Assembly: GCF_009914755.1 (NCBI RefSeq)
Contig: NC_060933.1
Strand: one strand, 5' to 3'
DNA: 64,000 bases
Source of the DNA: the human T2T-CHM13v2.0 reference genome, Homo sapiens
Of the stretch, positions 14,664-26,941 are shown one piece after another. Position 1 is the stretch's first letter; the number at the start of each line of letters is the position of its first letter. A program made the translations under genes and the position numbers. Under the pieces are notes generated by a model. The model was not told where the DNA came from, ran no database searches, and was given only the letters and a program-made list of their open reading frames with translations.

Positions 14664-15319
14664 GTAGGTCTCCCCAAGCAGGGCTGGACCTGAGGGTCCC
14701 CTTATGCTCCAGTTGTTCCTCTCTGCCCCCCATTCCCACCATTTGTGCTTCCTGTGATGTTGTAAGATGATGCATGATAGTTTCCAAAGCACTTTTACAC
14801 CTAAGACCTTATTTGCAGGAGTTCTTAACTCAGGGGATGGGCAGAAGGAGGCCCAGGGAGAGGAGGTGACTTTTTTTGTGGTCAGAAAGCACCAATTTGT
14901 GGCAGAATCAGAACTAGAACCCACCTCTCCACAATTTCTGCTGGTTGCTCTTTCCTGACATGATGATCCCATGTATCTTATTTCCTGAAGATTCCCATAT
15001 TAGAGGAGATTCCTGTATTGAGGAAGAAATTAGACTAGTTGGCTTCAAAGATCTAGGGGAATGACATAGACCGCAATTATGTTGCATACATACCACTACA
15101 TTCTATTCCCATGCTCATGGCAGGCCTTACTAATCAATCATAGAACTTTATCCCTGTGAGACCATCATATATTAAAGGCAGCCAGCACCACCCATGTGTG
15201 TGCAAGAGGAAATATATTTGCCATTCCCAATACTAGATGTTTAGAGTGTTAGGCTACTGCCACTCCAAGCAGCCTTGAATGCCAGAATTAATCCCATCTG
15301 TCTTTGTGTCCTCTGCCAG

Positions 15320-16836
15320 CCACTACCAGTGGTTTAACACCCAACAGCATGATCCCCGAAAAGGAGCGGCAGAACATCGCAGAGCGGCTGTTGAGGGTCA
15401 TGTGTGCCGACCTGGGTGCACTGAGCGTGGTCAGCGGGAAGGAGTTCCTGAAGTTGGCCCAGACCTTAGTAGACAGTGGTGCCCGCTATGGGGCCTTCTC
15501 GGTCACTGAAATCCTGGGCAACTTCAACACGCTGGCGCTGAAGCACCTGCCACGCATGTACAACCAGGTGAAGGTGAAAGTGACCTGTGCCTTGGGCAGC
15601 AATGCCTGCCTAGGCATCGGTGTCACCTGCCACTCCCAGAGTGTTGGCCCTGACTCCTGCTACATCCTCACAGCCTACCAGGCCGAGGGCAACCACATCA
15701 AGAGCTATGTGCTTGGTGTGAAGGGTGCGGACATTCGCGACAGCGGTGACCTTGTGCACCACTGGGTGCAGAACGTGCTGTCGGAGTTCGTGATGTCGGA
15801 GATCAGGACAGTGTACGTGACGGATTGCCGGGTGAGCACGTCCGCCTTCTCCAAGGCCGGCATGTGCCTTCGCTGCTCAGCCTGTGCCTTGAACTCGGTG
15901 GTGCAGAGCGTGCTGAGCAAGCGGACACTGCAGGCCCGCAGCATGCACGAGGTCATCGAGCTGCTCAACGTGTGCGAGGACCTGGCGGGCTCCACGGGCC
16001 TGGCCAAGGAGACCTTCGGGTCGCTGGAGGAGACGTCTCCACCACCCTGCTGGAACTCGGTGACGGACTCACTGTTGCTGGTGCATGAGCGCTATGAGCA
16101 GATCTGCGAGTTCTACAGCCGGGCCAAGAAGATGAACCTCATCCAGAGCCTCAACAAGCACCTGCTCAGCAACCTGGCGGCCATCCTGACGCCGGTGAAG
16201 CAGGCAGTCATCGAGCTGAGCAACGAGAGCCAGCCCACCCTGCAGCTGGTGCTGCCCACCTACGTCAGGCTGGAGAAGCTGTTCACGGCCAAGGCCAACG
16301 ACGCAGGCACTGTCAGCAAGCTCTGCCACCTCTTCCTGGAGGCGCTCAAGGAGAACTTCAAGGTGCACCCGGCCCACAAGGTGGCCATGATCCTGGACCC
16401 GCAGCAGAAGCTGCGGCCTGTGCCACCCTACCAGCACGAGGAGATCATCGGCAAGGTCTGTGAGCTCATCAACGAGGTGAAGGAGTCCTGGGCCGAGGAG
16501 GCCGACTTCGAGCCCGCTGCCAAGAAGCCCCGCTCTGCTGCCGTCGAGAACCCCGCAGCTCAGGAAGATGATCGGCTAGGCAAAAATGAAGTGTACGATT
16601 ACCTGCAGGAGCCCCTCTTCCAGGCTACCCCTGATCTCTTCCAGTACTGGTCGTGCGTTACCCAAAAGCACACAAAACTCGCCAAGCTCGCCTTCTGGCT
16701 CCTGGCGGTTCCGGCCGTGGGCGCCAGAAGCGGGTGTGTAAATATGTGTGAACAAGCGCTTCTAATCAAACGGAGGCGGCTGCTCAGTCCAGAAGATATG
16801 AATAAACTCATGTTTCTGAAATCCAACATGCTTTAA
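15320..16836 (+). CDS. ZNF618: ZNF618 terminal coding exon: hAT-transposase-derived region (RNase H-like fold and C-terminal hATC domain)
   Basis: Acceptor TCTTTGTGTCCTCTGCCAG; the long ORF ends at TAA 16834-16836. Motifs: VTD, CSACALNSVV, PCWNS, ILDP, FQYW, LLAVPA, RRRLLSPEDMNKLMFLKSN. Confidence 0.96.
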
Positions 16837-17103
16837 GACTTGACTTCGGGGGAAAAAAAAAGAAAAAGAGAAGATAACATTAGAAAAAAACCACACAACA
16901 CTGTCACAAAGAAAAGGAATTTAAGTTCTAAACACTGTGGACCTCATTATAAATGCCCCCTGGAAACTTAAGTGCTTTTTTTATATGTGTGTGTGTGCGT
17001 GTGTGTACACAGCCACACGTGTGTGCACGTGTCTGAACACGTGCTGTGGTTGTGGGGGTGTGGGGGGGTCTCTGTGCTCATCTCCATGGCCAGAGAAACT
17101 TTG

Positions 17104-17106
17104 CAC

Positions 17107-17143
<37 letters not shown>
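17104..17143 (+). repeat. (CA)n microsatellite
   Basis: CA run with one CG interruption. Confidence 0.95.
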
Positions 17144-17146
<3 letters not shown>

Positions 17147-20100
17147 CCCTGGTGCGTGTACATACGCCTGTGCTTGGACGGGTGTGCATTGAACTGGGCG
17201 TGTCAGGAAAGCTGAGCGATTGGGAAAGAGGGAGATGTTTCACCTCCTTTTCTCAGTAAGGGGGCTTTAGAAGACTCCGCTTTCAGGTGTGCAGATTGGC
17301 AGAAAGCTGATGTTGTGAAATGTTCAGGCAGCTGAGATCTGAAGTGACTTGACGCTCTCTGTCCTTCACCCCGGTCCTCCTTTTCCCTCCTTGACCCTCT
17401 TCCAGCCCTCCTACCCTCCTGATCCCATTGTGCACCCCCCCACACACTCGGCTGCTCTGCTGTGGACTCTCCACACTGCATCAGATGGACGGTTTCTGCA
17501 CTGGACTTTGTTTCTTGTTCACCTTCAGGGCATTGAGCTGCTGCCTTTGAGATACCCCTTGGGTGTCCCGGGGCAGCCGCCTTAGAAACACACCTATCTA
17601 TCTCCCCAAATCAGGAAAGGAGACTTAAAGAGTATAAAGCTGACATTTTGCTTTTTAATATAAGAGAGGAGAAAAAGACATTTTTCAGAGAAGTATAGAT
17701 ACTGTCTCCACTCCCTAATAATTTCTCTCCCTAACATTTTAGCAATTTTTACCTTGTTTGGGGGTTCATTTTGTTTCTTCAGATTTGATTTAGACTCTGC
17801 TAGGAGGCACTGAATGTCTATAACTTATGTTTTGGAGTTTTGTTTTTTTACTTGCCCCTTTTGTTCCTCAAGTCACACTGTAAACTAGCTCATCTCTGTG
17901 GTGTACTCAGTATCCTACAGTCTTTCTTGGCCTTCCCTGTACAGTTCAGTTTTCACATATTCGAACGGCCAAGACCAGGTTCTTGGCTGTGCTATTTGGA
18001 GACCAGGCGTTGGGGAGGATTCACGGGTTCCACAGCTGCGGGGTTTGGTGGCCGTAGGGGAAGCAGTGGTTTGGGAGTTCTGAATGTAAGCGCCAGAGCT
18101 GCCCTCCTGGTCCGCTGTGCGTGGTACCCAGTGTGCATCACACTACTCACCCCCTCCCGGACCCTGGCAGTCCACAGCGACTCCGAAGTCAGCCCATAGT
18201 CACATCCACCACACCTCAGACCTGCCACAGCCTCTCCTCACTTCCCAGGACCCTGAGGCTTCCAGGAGCTCTGCTGCCCACAGCCCTCGGGGTCCTCACT
18301 CACACCTCCGACTTCCAGGACGGCAGTGAGCATGGTGCCTTGTGGCCCCAACAGTTGATGTTCCGAGGGTGGGATGGTGTTTGGCCATGTTCGACTCGAT
18401 GCTGTGAAAGATGTCTTCAGGCTTTTCTCTCCTGTTCCCCCAGCTGTGAGCAAATTAGGTTCTACACACACAGTTCGGATGCCAAGGGTGACACCCCATT
18501 CCCTTCACAAGAGGTGGTTCTGTCACAAATCAGCACTCCACCCCCACCACACCTCTCAGTGAATGAAGTGCTGGTGGTCTCACTCCCCTGGTGACCCTTA
18601 GCCGTGGGATGGGGTGGTTACACTAAGGCTTCAAGCTGAGAATGGCCATCATGGCGGGAGGCTGTTTGCAAAGGCACCTTCTGTCATCCTGGGGTTGGCT
18701 AAGTCAACTCCACCCCTTCCCAATAATAAAGCATCACTCAACTGTGAGATACCTCGACTACAAAAAGCACTGTACCACAGCCCTCTCCCCCTGGGTCCAT
18801 GACAGGAGCAGGGAGTAAAGTTGATTGCAAACCTCATGAAGGCTTAGGATCATGGACCTGGAACATAGTGTTTGGGGGCCAAGCCTGCACACTTTGCCTC
18901 ATGAGAACTCACCCAGCTCTCCCCTTGAAACTTGGACACACTGAAATGGATCAAAGTGGGCCATTTCCACATTTGCTCCAGCAAACTGTGGTCTCAGGAA
19001 CTACCATGCCATTTCCTCTCCTGGAGAAGTTCTAGGTATTACCTCCACAACATTTCCAACTGGGGGACTGAGCCCACTTATCAGAGAAGAGCCGCCATCC
19101 ACACTGGAGCAGGAACAGGGAGAAATCCAGACAGGAACCTCATGTCACTTCCTAGGGAATATGGGAAGAAACATCAGCAGACTTTATGATGTCAGTTGGG
19201 CCTTTGGAGGCATTCTGGAAGGTGGCCTCAGCATCACTGATGATTGACAGATGCTACAGCAAAAGGTCCCTCTAGCGTTGCTTGACTGCTGGGGAAGGGA
19301 CAGTGACCGGCACTTTGACCCACACAAGGATAGGAGCTGCCTACTTTGTGTGGTAGGTGAGAGCAGAGCCTGGGAGCCCATCCTCCCTCTACTTGGAGCA
19401 AAGTTGTGCTGGTGATGCCCCATTATTGGGCCAGTTGATTAGAAAATAGGCATTTCACTTTCTTGGAAAGCCATCGGACTAAGCCCAGATGTGCATTTAG
19501 AGCACTCAGCATTCTTCTCTTTGAAGCATGGGATGTCTGTCCTCCAGGAAGAGATTTGATCTTAGGTTGTTACCTCCCTTTCACTTCTTTTCCACCTCAA
19601 TTCAATACTTAGGGGTTGGCTTGCCTCTGCAGGTTTGATGTGAATGCCACTGGGTACTCAGAAAGCTGTCCTCTGGGGCTGCCTTGTCCAGTTAGATAAC
19701 AAGATAGCAGATGATTGTTTCTTGCAACCTCTGGTTCCCTCCGGAAACTGGTGTCACCAACAGGAAAGGCTGTACCAAGGTGCCCTCTTCTCAGACAGGC
19801 TGTTCTCAGAGTGCAAATCCTGCTGCAACTAACAGCTTAATAAAACCCAAAGATCTCACAGGTCCAGCCACTGGCCCCTTTATCTCCAACAATATCCACC
19901 TCACCAAATTCTAGTTCAGCCAAAGGATTGAGACAGGCTCTTCCAGTTCATCTCCTGGTGTCCAGCCTGACCTTCACATCTGGAAGGATTTTGTCGTCTG
20001 CCTCCCAGTTCTGGGTCCACTGTAGGTCTTTCCATCACAAGCCTTTGGGGGATCTGGGACCAGGAATTTGGGCCGTTTCTACCATATTCTCAGCAGCCTA

Positions 20101-23100
20101 AGGTGGTGGCCTGCTGATGTGGAGACTACTCACCTTGAGCCATGTGGTCCCCAGGACAGAAATGGCCTTTGTTTTGACATACATGGACCCAAAAGGGGAG
20201 GTGAAGAAAACACACCTCCACCTGGCAAGTTTTTCTCCCTCATCTGAGGTCAGTTGCTTCACCAACAAAGCCCAAGCCAAGAACTGCAGCGTTGAGGGTT
20301 GTCCCTCGGAGTGGAGTAGCCCAAGGAATCTCAGGTCCACCAAGAGCATTGGTACCATCCGGGCCACGGGTGGATGCCTTTGTTCTGGCACAGTTCTCCA
20401 CTTCCCGATTCCTGGCTCAGCCAGCCAGGCCTCCCTCTAATGGCATTTAGTAACCAGGAAACAAAACACATGCCACCTGAGCAAAACTGCCTGCACTTCA
20501 TCTCTGGAGGTTCGCTGCACAGAGGCCACCTGCCGCATCACCAGTGAGGAAGCTTTGCCACCATCCTGCTTGGCAGCTTCACACTTGACATCTGAGGATT
20601 GGTTTTTGGCTGGAAAAAGGGTACCAGGGTTTCCTGGCAAGGACAGGAGAGCAGTGCAGTGACACAGATGAGAAGCTGTGAGTCTCCAGGATTCAAGGAA
20701 GCCACCAGGTGTGCAGGCTGGGAAGAGACATCTCTTTCAGTTTGACCCTTTATCTCCTGCACTTTTAAAGAAACACCAGAGAAAAAATCTACAAGGCGTG
20801 TTTCCACTGAAGCTGAACCTCTGCCTTTAGGAGTCCCCTATATTTGAGCAAGGCCACCTGCTTCCCCTGGACTTGAGCTGGACTCCTTGAAGAGTGGGCT
20901 TCTGGAGAGATGTTAGGAATATAGCACATGCTCTCTGGGGGCCACAGGGTCATTGGGAAGGTTTGAAATATAGATGGGATGTGGCTGGAACAGCCTGTGA
21001 GATGGCTCCATTGGGGACACTCCCCTCATCTTGTCATCACGATGGATATGCTGGAAGAGGAGGTGTCCCAGTGAGCCGCCCGAAGTTCATAGCTTTGCCC
21101 TCGCCTTGGCAACAGCGGCAATGCCTCTATCTCTGGGATGCATCTTAAGGAGGGCTCCTAACAAGGCCGATGATTTAGACAGAACAAGAGACTAAGTAAG
21201 GTCCAGCTATCCCGTGGAGCCAGTAGTAGGTGGGAGCTCCTGTCCCCGCCAGCCCTGCTCCAGCCCCCGTGTCCAGCTGGGCCAGTGGAAGAACTGGGAA
21301 GGAGGAAGCCCCTCCCTTTCACTGTGGCTAATGTTTGCTAGGCCAGTTATGGTGAACCAATGATACAGTGTTTTCCCTCTTAACGTTCCCCTCCTGGTTT
21401 TGCCTTTTCAGGGTTTTCTGGGGGATTTTGTTGTAGTAGTTGCTTTTCTTCCTCTCTCATTTGGGTTTGAGGATTGTGGTCGGGGGAGCCCTGGCTTTCA
21501 CCAAAGGAGCCCAGTGGTTTCTGTGGAAGAGGCGCCCACTCCCACTTTAATGAGGGTGAAGATTGTCAGGTCACTGTTTGACATATTCATGCCCCGTCCC
21601 TTCCCCCCCCACCCCCCCGCCCACCCACCACGGGTGTCGCTTTAAAGAGTCAATTCTTGTACAGAGAAGGATTTGCTAGGTTTGCATTTGGGTGTTAGCA
21701 TCACGACCCACGAGGGCCCTGCCCAACCGTGCGTCCCATGGGGCACCTTGACTCTTCAAACCAAAATTCCTTAAAGGGGCACAGCCCAGCCTTGTCCGCA
21801 ACCTCAGGGGCCTGGGATTCCTGTGGCGCTTCCTGAATTCCAGGTTGGCACAGATGATGAGGTCTGAGACCAGCCGGAAGGAGGGGCTCCTGCCATAACC
21901 CAGGTGCCAGCCGGTCTCCGCCTAGGACCTTCCCTCCCGCCCAGCCAGGGTGGGCGGCATCCTACGCGGTGAAACGAGCTCATGGACTGACCCGGGGCTG
22001 GGCCTCGCCAGCCAGGAGAGAGCGAGGGCCGCACGGCAGGGCTGGCCCAGGCAGCTCGTCCAGGGCCATTCAGATCCCAAGCATCAGGAAATCATTTTGT
22101 ACAACCACCCGAAGCAGAGATATTTTTTAAGAAGCGTAAATTATTTTCAGTTGTTTTCTGATCCTGCCTTTTTCTTTTCCCCACAACTTCACGCCAGTGA
22201 TTCGTTCACATCAGGTAAATCTTGAGAAAGCCTTGGTGCCCTCCTCCCCACCCCCCACTCAGTAACCACGTGCGTGCACCCCCGCATCCTTTCTCAGTAG
22301 TTAAGACGTTCTAGGCAATACCATAGACACATCTGACTGTGTCTCTCTCTTTGAGTGCAAGAAACTCAAGTCATCTTAAAAAAAAAAAAATACAAAAAAA
22401 ATTTACAAAAAAACAAACACAAAAAAAATATCTTTTTTAGGCCAGAGTTTTCTACAGGTATTAATGAATATTTTTCTTAATCCTTATAAGTTTTATGTGT
22501 TTAATATTTCTTAATACCGGTAGCATTAATTTATACTTTTGTAGCAACACAATATTTTTATAAACAGCCGGTGCTTGGCTCAAGTCTTCACGAGGGGTTT
22601 AGGCAGGGCCATCTTGGGGACCCTGTGTACCATGTACTGTATTTAAAAAAAAAAAAAAGTTACCTATTGTCACACTTGCTGTGTTAATTAACAAAAGATG
22701 TTGTGTGCGGTCTCCTGTATCGGTGTGGATCCAACAGCTCTCCAGGGAGTCACATTGCATGGGGGTTGAGTTGACGGTTCTTGTGATATGTAAACCCCCG
22801 AGACCAAACTTGAGGGTTTATTTAGGGTTTTCTGTTTGTCCTTTGGGTTTTTGTTTCACTTTGTTTTGGTGCCGTTTCTCCATTTACAGCCAAATCAGTT
22901 TCATGATGTTCAAAACATTTACTGATGTCAAATGGAGGAAAGGAACAGAAAAAAAGATTTTTACAAAGTAATAAAATTTAAAACTGAGCTGTTTAATGTT
23001 GCTGTTTTTACCTGTCTGTTCTTGTCCAAAAGTGGAACATTCCCAGGGAAAAGAGGAAGGTTCCACTCGGTTCTTTAAGTCGCCAAAAGCCCCAGCCCGG

Positions 23101-23243
23101 GATTCAGTACCTCCCCTGCCCCCCGAATTCTTGCAGCACTATTTCCCAGTTGGTTGATGCCAAGGCAAAAAGATAACTTTTAACAGTTAGAGAGGATCAG
23201 TTGCTTAAATGATTTCATGTCAGTGTTGTATTTATGGTTTTAC

Positions 23244-23249
23244 AATAAA
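23244..23249 (+). terminator. ZNF618: ZNF618 distal polyadenylation signal
   Basis: AATAAA with upstream TGTA and downstream GTATGGTGTTTTTTTTCTTGGGTTTG. Confidence 0.75.
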
Positions 23250-24769
23250 ACAACCTTTAGGAAGATGCAGCGTATGGTGTTTTTTTTCTTGGGTTTGAGG
23301 ATGGGCCATACTGTCCAGTTAGGAGCAGAGCACCTGCAGGGCCCAGGTGAGTGGAGATGGGCCAGAGACAGGGCACCTGGGGTGACAGCACACATCCATC
23401 CCAGCGGGACACTGTGTGATGCTGGCATCGTTGACTTAACTGTGGTGATGGTGGTATCAGTGACTTACCTGTGAGCTCGCAGCTCATCTCTTGCACCAGA
23501 CCTGGCTCAGCCAGTGTTTGATAAATGAGGGAGGGACATGGTCGAGGAAGATGTGACCCTCCTGGGCTTGTGGAGCATTGTCCCATGGAGGAAGGGATGG
23601 ATTTAGTCTCCATCCTCCAGGTCTAATGCCTCAGGCGTATGTGCAGGTTGGCCCTGCCCTGCGGTCATCGCGAGGCTCCTGTGCCCCTTTACCTAGTGGC
23701 TTTGGCCCCCTAAATGGTGTGTGTGTGTTATAACTGTTGTATGTATCATCCATGTGCTGGGGAAGAGTGTCCATGGCTTTTGCCAAATTCCTGATGGCAT
23801 GAGGGACTCTGAACAAATTAGAAATCAGCGCCCTCCACCATGAGCTGCTAGAGGCCAGCCCTGGTGGGCTCACCAAGCCTGATGCCGTTCAGATGTGCAG
23901 ACACCAATGTTCTTCTGGAATAGAAGCAAACCAAAGGCCAGTCAAGGGAGAAGAGAGACCAGCAGGCAAGCTGGGGCCTGAGCAGGAGGGGGTGACCACT
24001 CCTCCTAGTGGGCCCACTGTTAGAACAGCCCCTTAAGAGGTGAAGCCGCCATCCTGCCATCAAGGTGAGTGAGTGACAGACACCCCAGGCCCTGGCTTGA
24101 CACCATCTTTACCAGGTGTGGGCAACTCTGCTTCAAAGTAGAGGATGTGTTACTTGATCACCTGGAAAAATTCCATCAAACCGCACGTGTAACAGCACAA
24201 AGAGCCCATTGGAGCACCAGCCCTGCCCTCAAAACCATCCTGCCTTAGGAGTTTCATGCTAAGAGAACTGTGTGGATGTTCTGAGCCGATGATTGAAGTT
24301 TAATAGAGGAGTTTCTATGTAGCCTACAATGAAGTCAGGAGTCCTGCTGTGGCCGAAGGAATCCTCCTCCACACACTTGAACATTGCAGTCAAATAAGGC
24401 CAGGGCATGGCCCGGGAGCCCTCACAGCTGAAGGAGCAGCCTCTGGATTGAAAAAAAATGCTTTCAAAAGCCGGGGGGGAAAGATGTTTCTTTATTAAGC
24501 AGCTGCAGCTACATTTATTTTGTAATGGAAATAAATGAGTGTGCCCAGCACCTTTGAAAGAGAAATTTGAGGTGAGACTATTTAAGAATGGAGTGAATCG
24601 TCAAGGTAAGTGTGTCCACTGTGCGGAGAAAGATTCCTGGCACCTTCTGAGGTGAGCATTGTGAATTCCTCAGACTCGGGGTCACAAGGTGCCGCTCCCC
24701 CATCCGACCCCTGGGGTTTAAAAGCTAGGGTGCATTGATTTTTAAATTTATTTTTAGTGAAAAGTTATA

Positions 24770-25370
<601 letters not shown>

Positions 25371-26820
25371 CCAATTTAAACATTTTCTCTTTCAGTTCAA
25401 GTCACTTCAAAATATCACTCTTCAACATGGCCCCTTCAAACTGCCGTGGCTGGCTGGCCCTGGTATGGGAGGCACGTGTGGAAGGAACAGGATGTGGACA
25501 CAGGATGGGAGGACCTTTGTTAGTCCCAGGCCGGAGGGCCTCTCACTTCTCCTGGACAATTGCCTGTCTCCCTGCACCTGACCCCACCTGCTTCTGCCCA
25601 GAAAGTCCAGGCCGTGACCACAGATGCTGTCCCTCAGGGCAGTCTTCTCTGTTGGAACCTGTAAGCCCCACACTTTGGATGTTGGGGGAGACAAAGGGAG
25701 GGTCTTGATGTGTCTGACCCAGGGGACTGCAAAGCTTTCAATCCTCAAATCCTTGTCTCCAGGTTCATCCCCTCAACCAGAAGTATGGAATCCCTCCTTC
25801 CTGCCTGCCTGGTCCCTCAAGCCAATGAGCTAAGGGCACAAGGGGCGAACCCAGGACTGAACTAGCCACCGGCCCTTAGGACGCTGGTCACCCACAGAGA
25901 AGAGGAGGTAGGGCCCTGCCTGGGTTTCTTCTGCCAGCGTCAGCTCTCCACTTCAGAACACACAAAGCTGGGGCCTCCAATCCCTCCACAGCCACAGCAG
26001 CCATCGGGGCTGTGGGTGGATGCAGTTAGCAAGAGATATTTATAAATCAGACGTTTGTAAAGCCTGTGTGTCTACACTGGAGTATCCTGGAGTTGTGTTC
26101 TTGGGCCAAGTTTGTCCTGAGCTGCTCTAGACAGCCCACCTACTCCCTTTCCCAAGGGTGAGGAGAAGCCAGCCCAAATCAAGGGCTTCTGGCCCTGGGC
26201 CAGGGCCCAGCAGTTGCACTGGACACAATGTGAAGGCCAGTGAGCACTCTCCTTCCAGGACAAAGGCCCAGGGGAAGGTCCCAGGGGATGGGCTCCCCAG
26301 GGCCATGCAGAGAAACAGCTGAGGCTTTCCAGCTCCGGTCAGCTGGTTCTGGGGATATGGCTGCAGCTGAAGTAAAACCCTGGGGAGATGTTTTGTACAG
26401 CAAAGGACAGGGGAATTATTTCAGGCATTTGTGGGCTGTCTGCCCTGAGCTCCTTGGGCACAGCAGGGCACAATCAATCATTTCTTCTGAGCCTGGGTCA
26501 CTGATGACCCACCAAACCTCTCCCAGAGACAAGTCCCCAGAGTGTCTTCCTTTCTTTCCTAGCCTTATTACAACAAAACAAAATAATCCCATTTTACACT
26601 ATTGTAAATAGAACTTTGATTTGTTTCAAAATTTGCATAGCCAACGTCATGTACTGAAGATAGTTCTATTATGTTTCCAACGCAGTTTTCACTTCTGGGG
26701 AAAGCTGGGGTTGCATATGGCCCCACCCTGGCTTTTTCTCCCCTCCGCCACCCTGTTAGTTACACTTGTGATGACAATGAACAATGAGGACACAGAATTT
26801 CAGGAGTTTACAATTTAGTT

Positions 26821-26826
26821 TTTATT
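26821..26826 (-). terminator. AMBP: AMBP polyadenylation signal
   Basis: AATAAA on the - strand, 83 nt after the stop codon. Confidence 0.9.
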
Positions 26827-26909
26827 TGGACCCAGGTTGCTTGGCGCTGCCTGCCACAGGACCCCGGGACAGACACTGGCCATCCTCTGACTTGCAGACC
26901 GGCCAGTTG

Positions 26910-26941
26910 TCAGTTGGAGAAGCGCAGCAGCTCCTCATCAC
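26910..26941 (-). CDS. AMBP: AMBP exon 10 (GDEELLRFSN*)
   Basis: Acceptor GTCCACAG; stop TGA at 26912-26910. Confidence 0.95.

Larger units (their letters stand above)
16837..23270 (+). other. ZNF618: ZNF618 long 3'UTR (~6.4 kb)
   Basis: Runs from the stop codon to AATAAA 23244-23249, which has a GU/U-rich downstream element. Other AATAAA at 18725, 19839 and 22970. The exact end is inferred. Confidence 0.7.

Noticed and set aside
15705-16829. Antisense and alternate-frame ORFs over the ZNF618 last exon
   Set aside because: Expected by-product of very high GC3; no recognisable protein features
20117-20440. 107-aa ATG ORF in the ZNF618 3'UTR
   Set aside because: Weak start context, no domain similarity, and a length reachable by chance in 6 kb; ribosome profiling would be needed
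24061-24612. Two near-consensus + strand splice donors (AAG|GTGAGT at ~24064, AAG|GTAAGT at ~24605)
   Set aside because: No convincing acceptors or reading frame, and both lie downstream of the ZNF618 poly(A) signal
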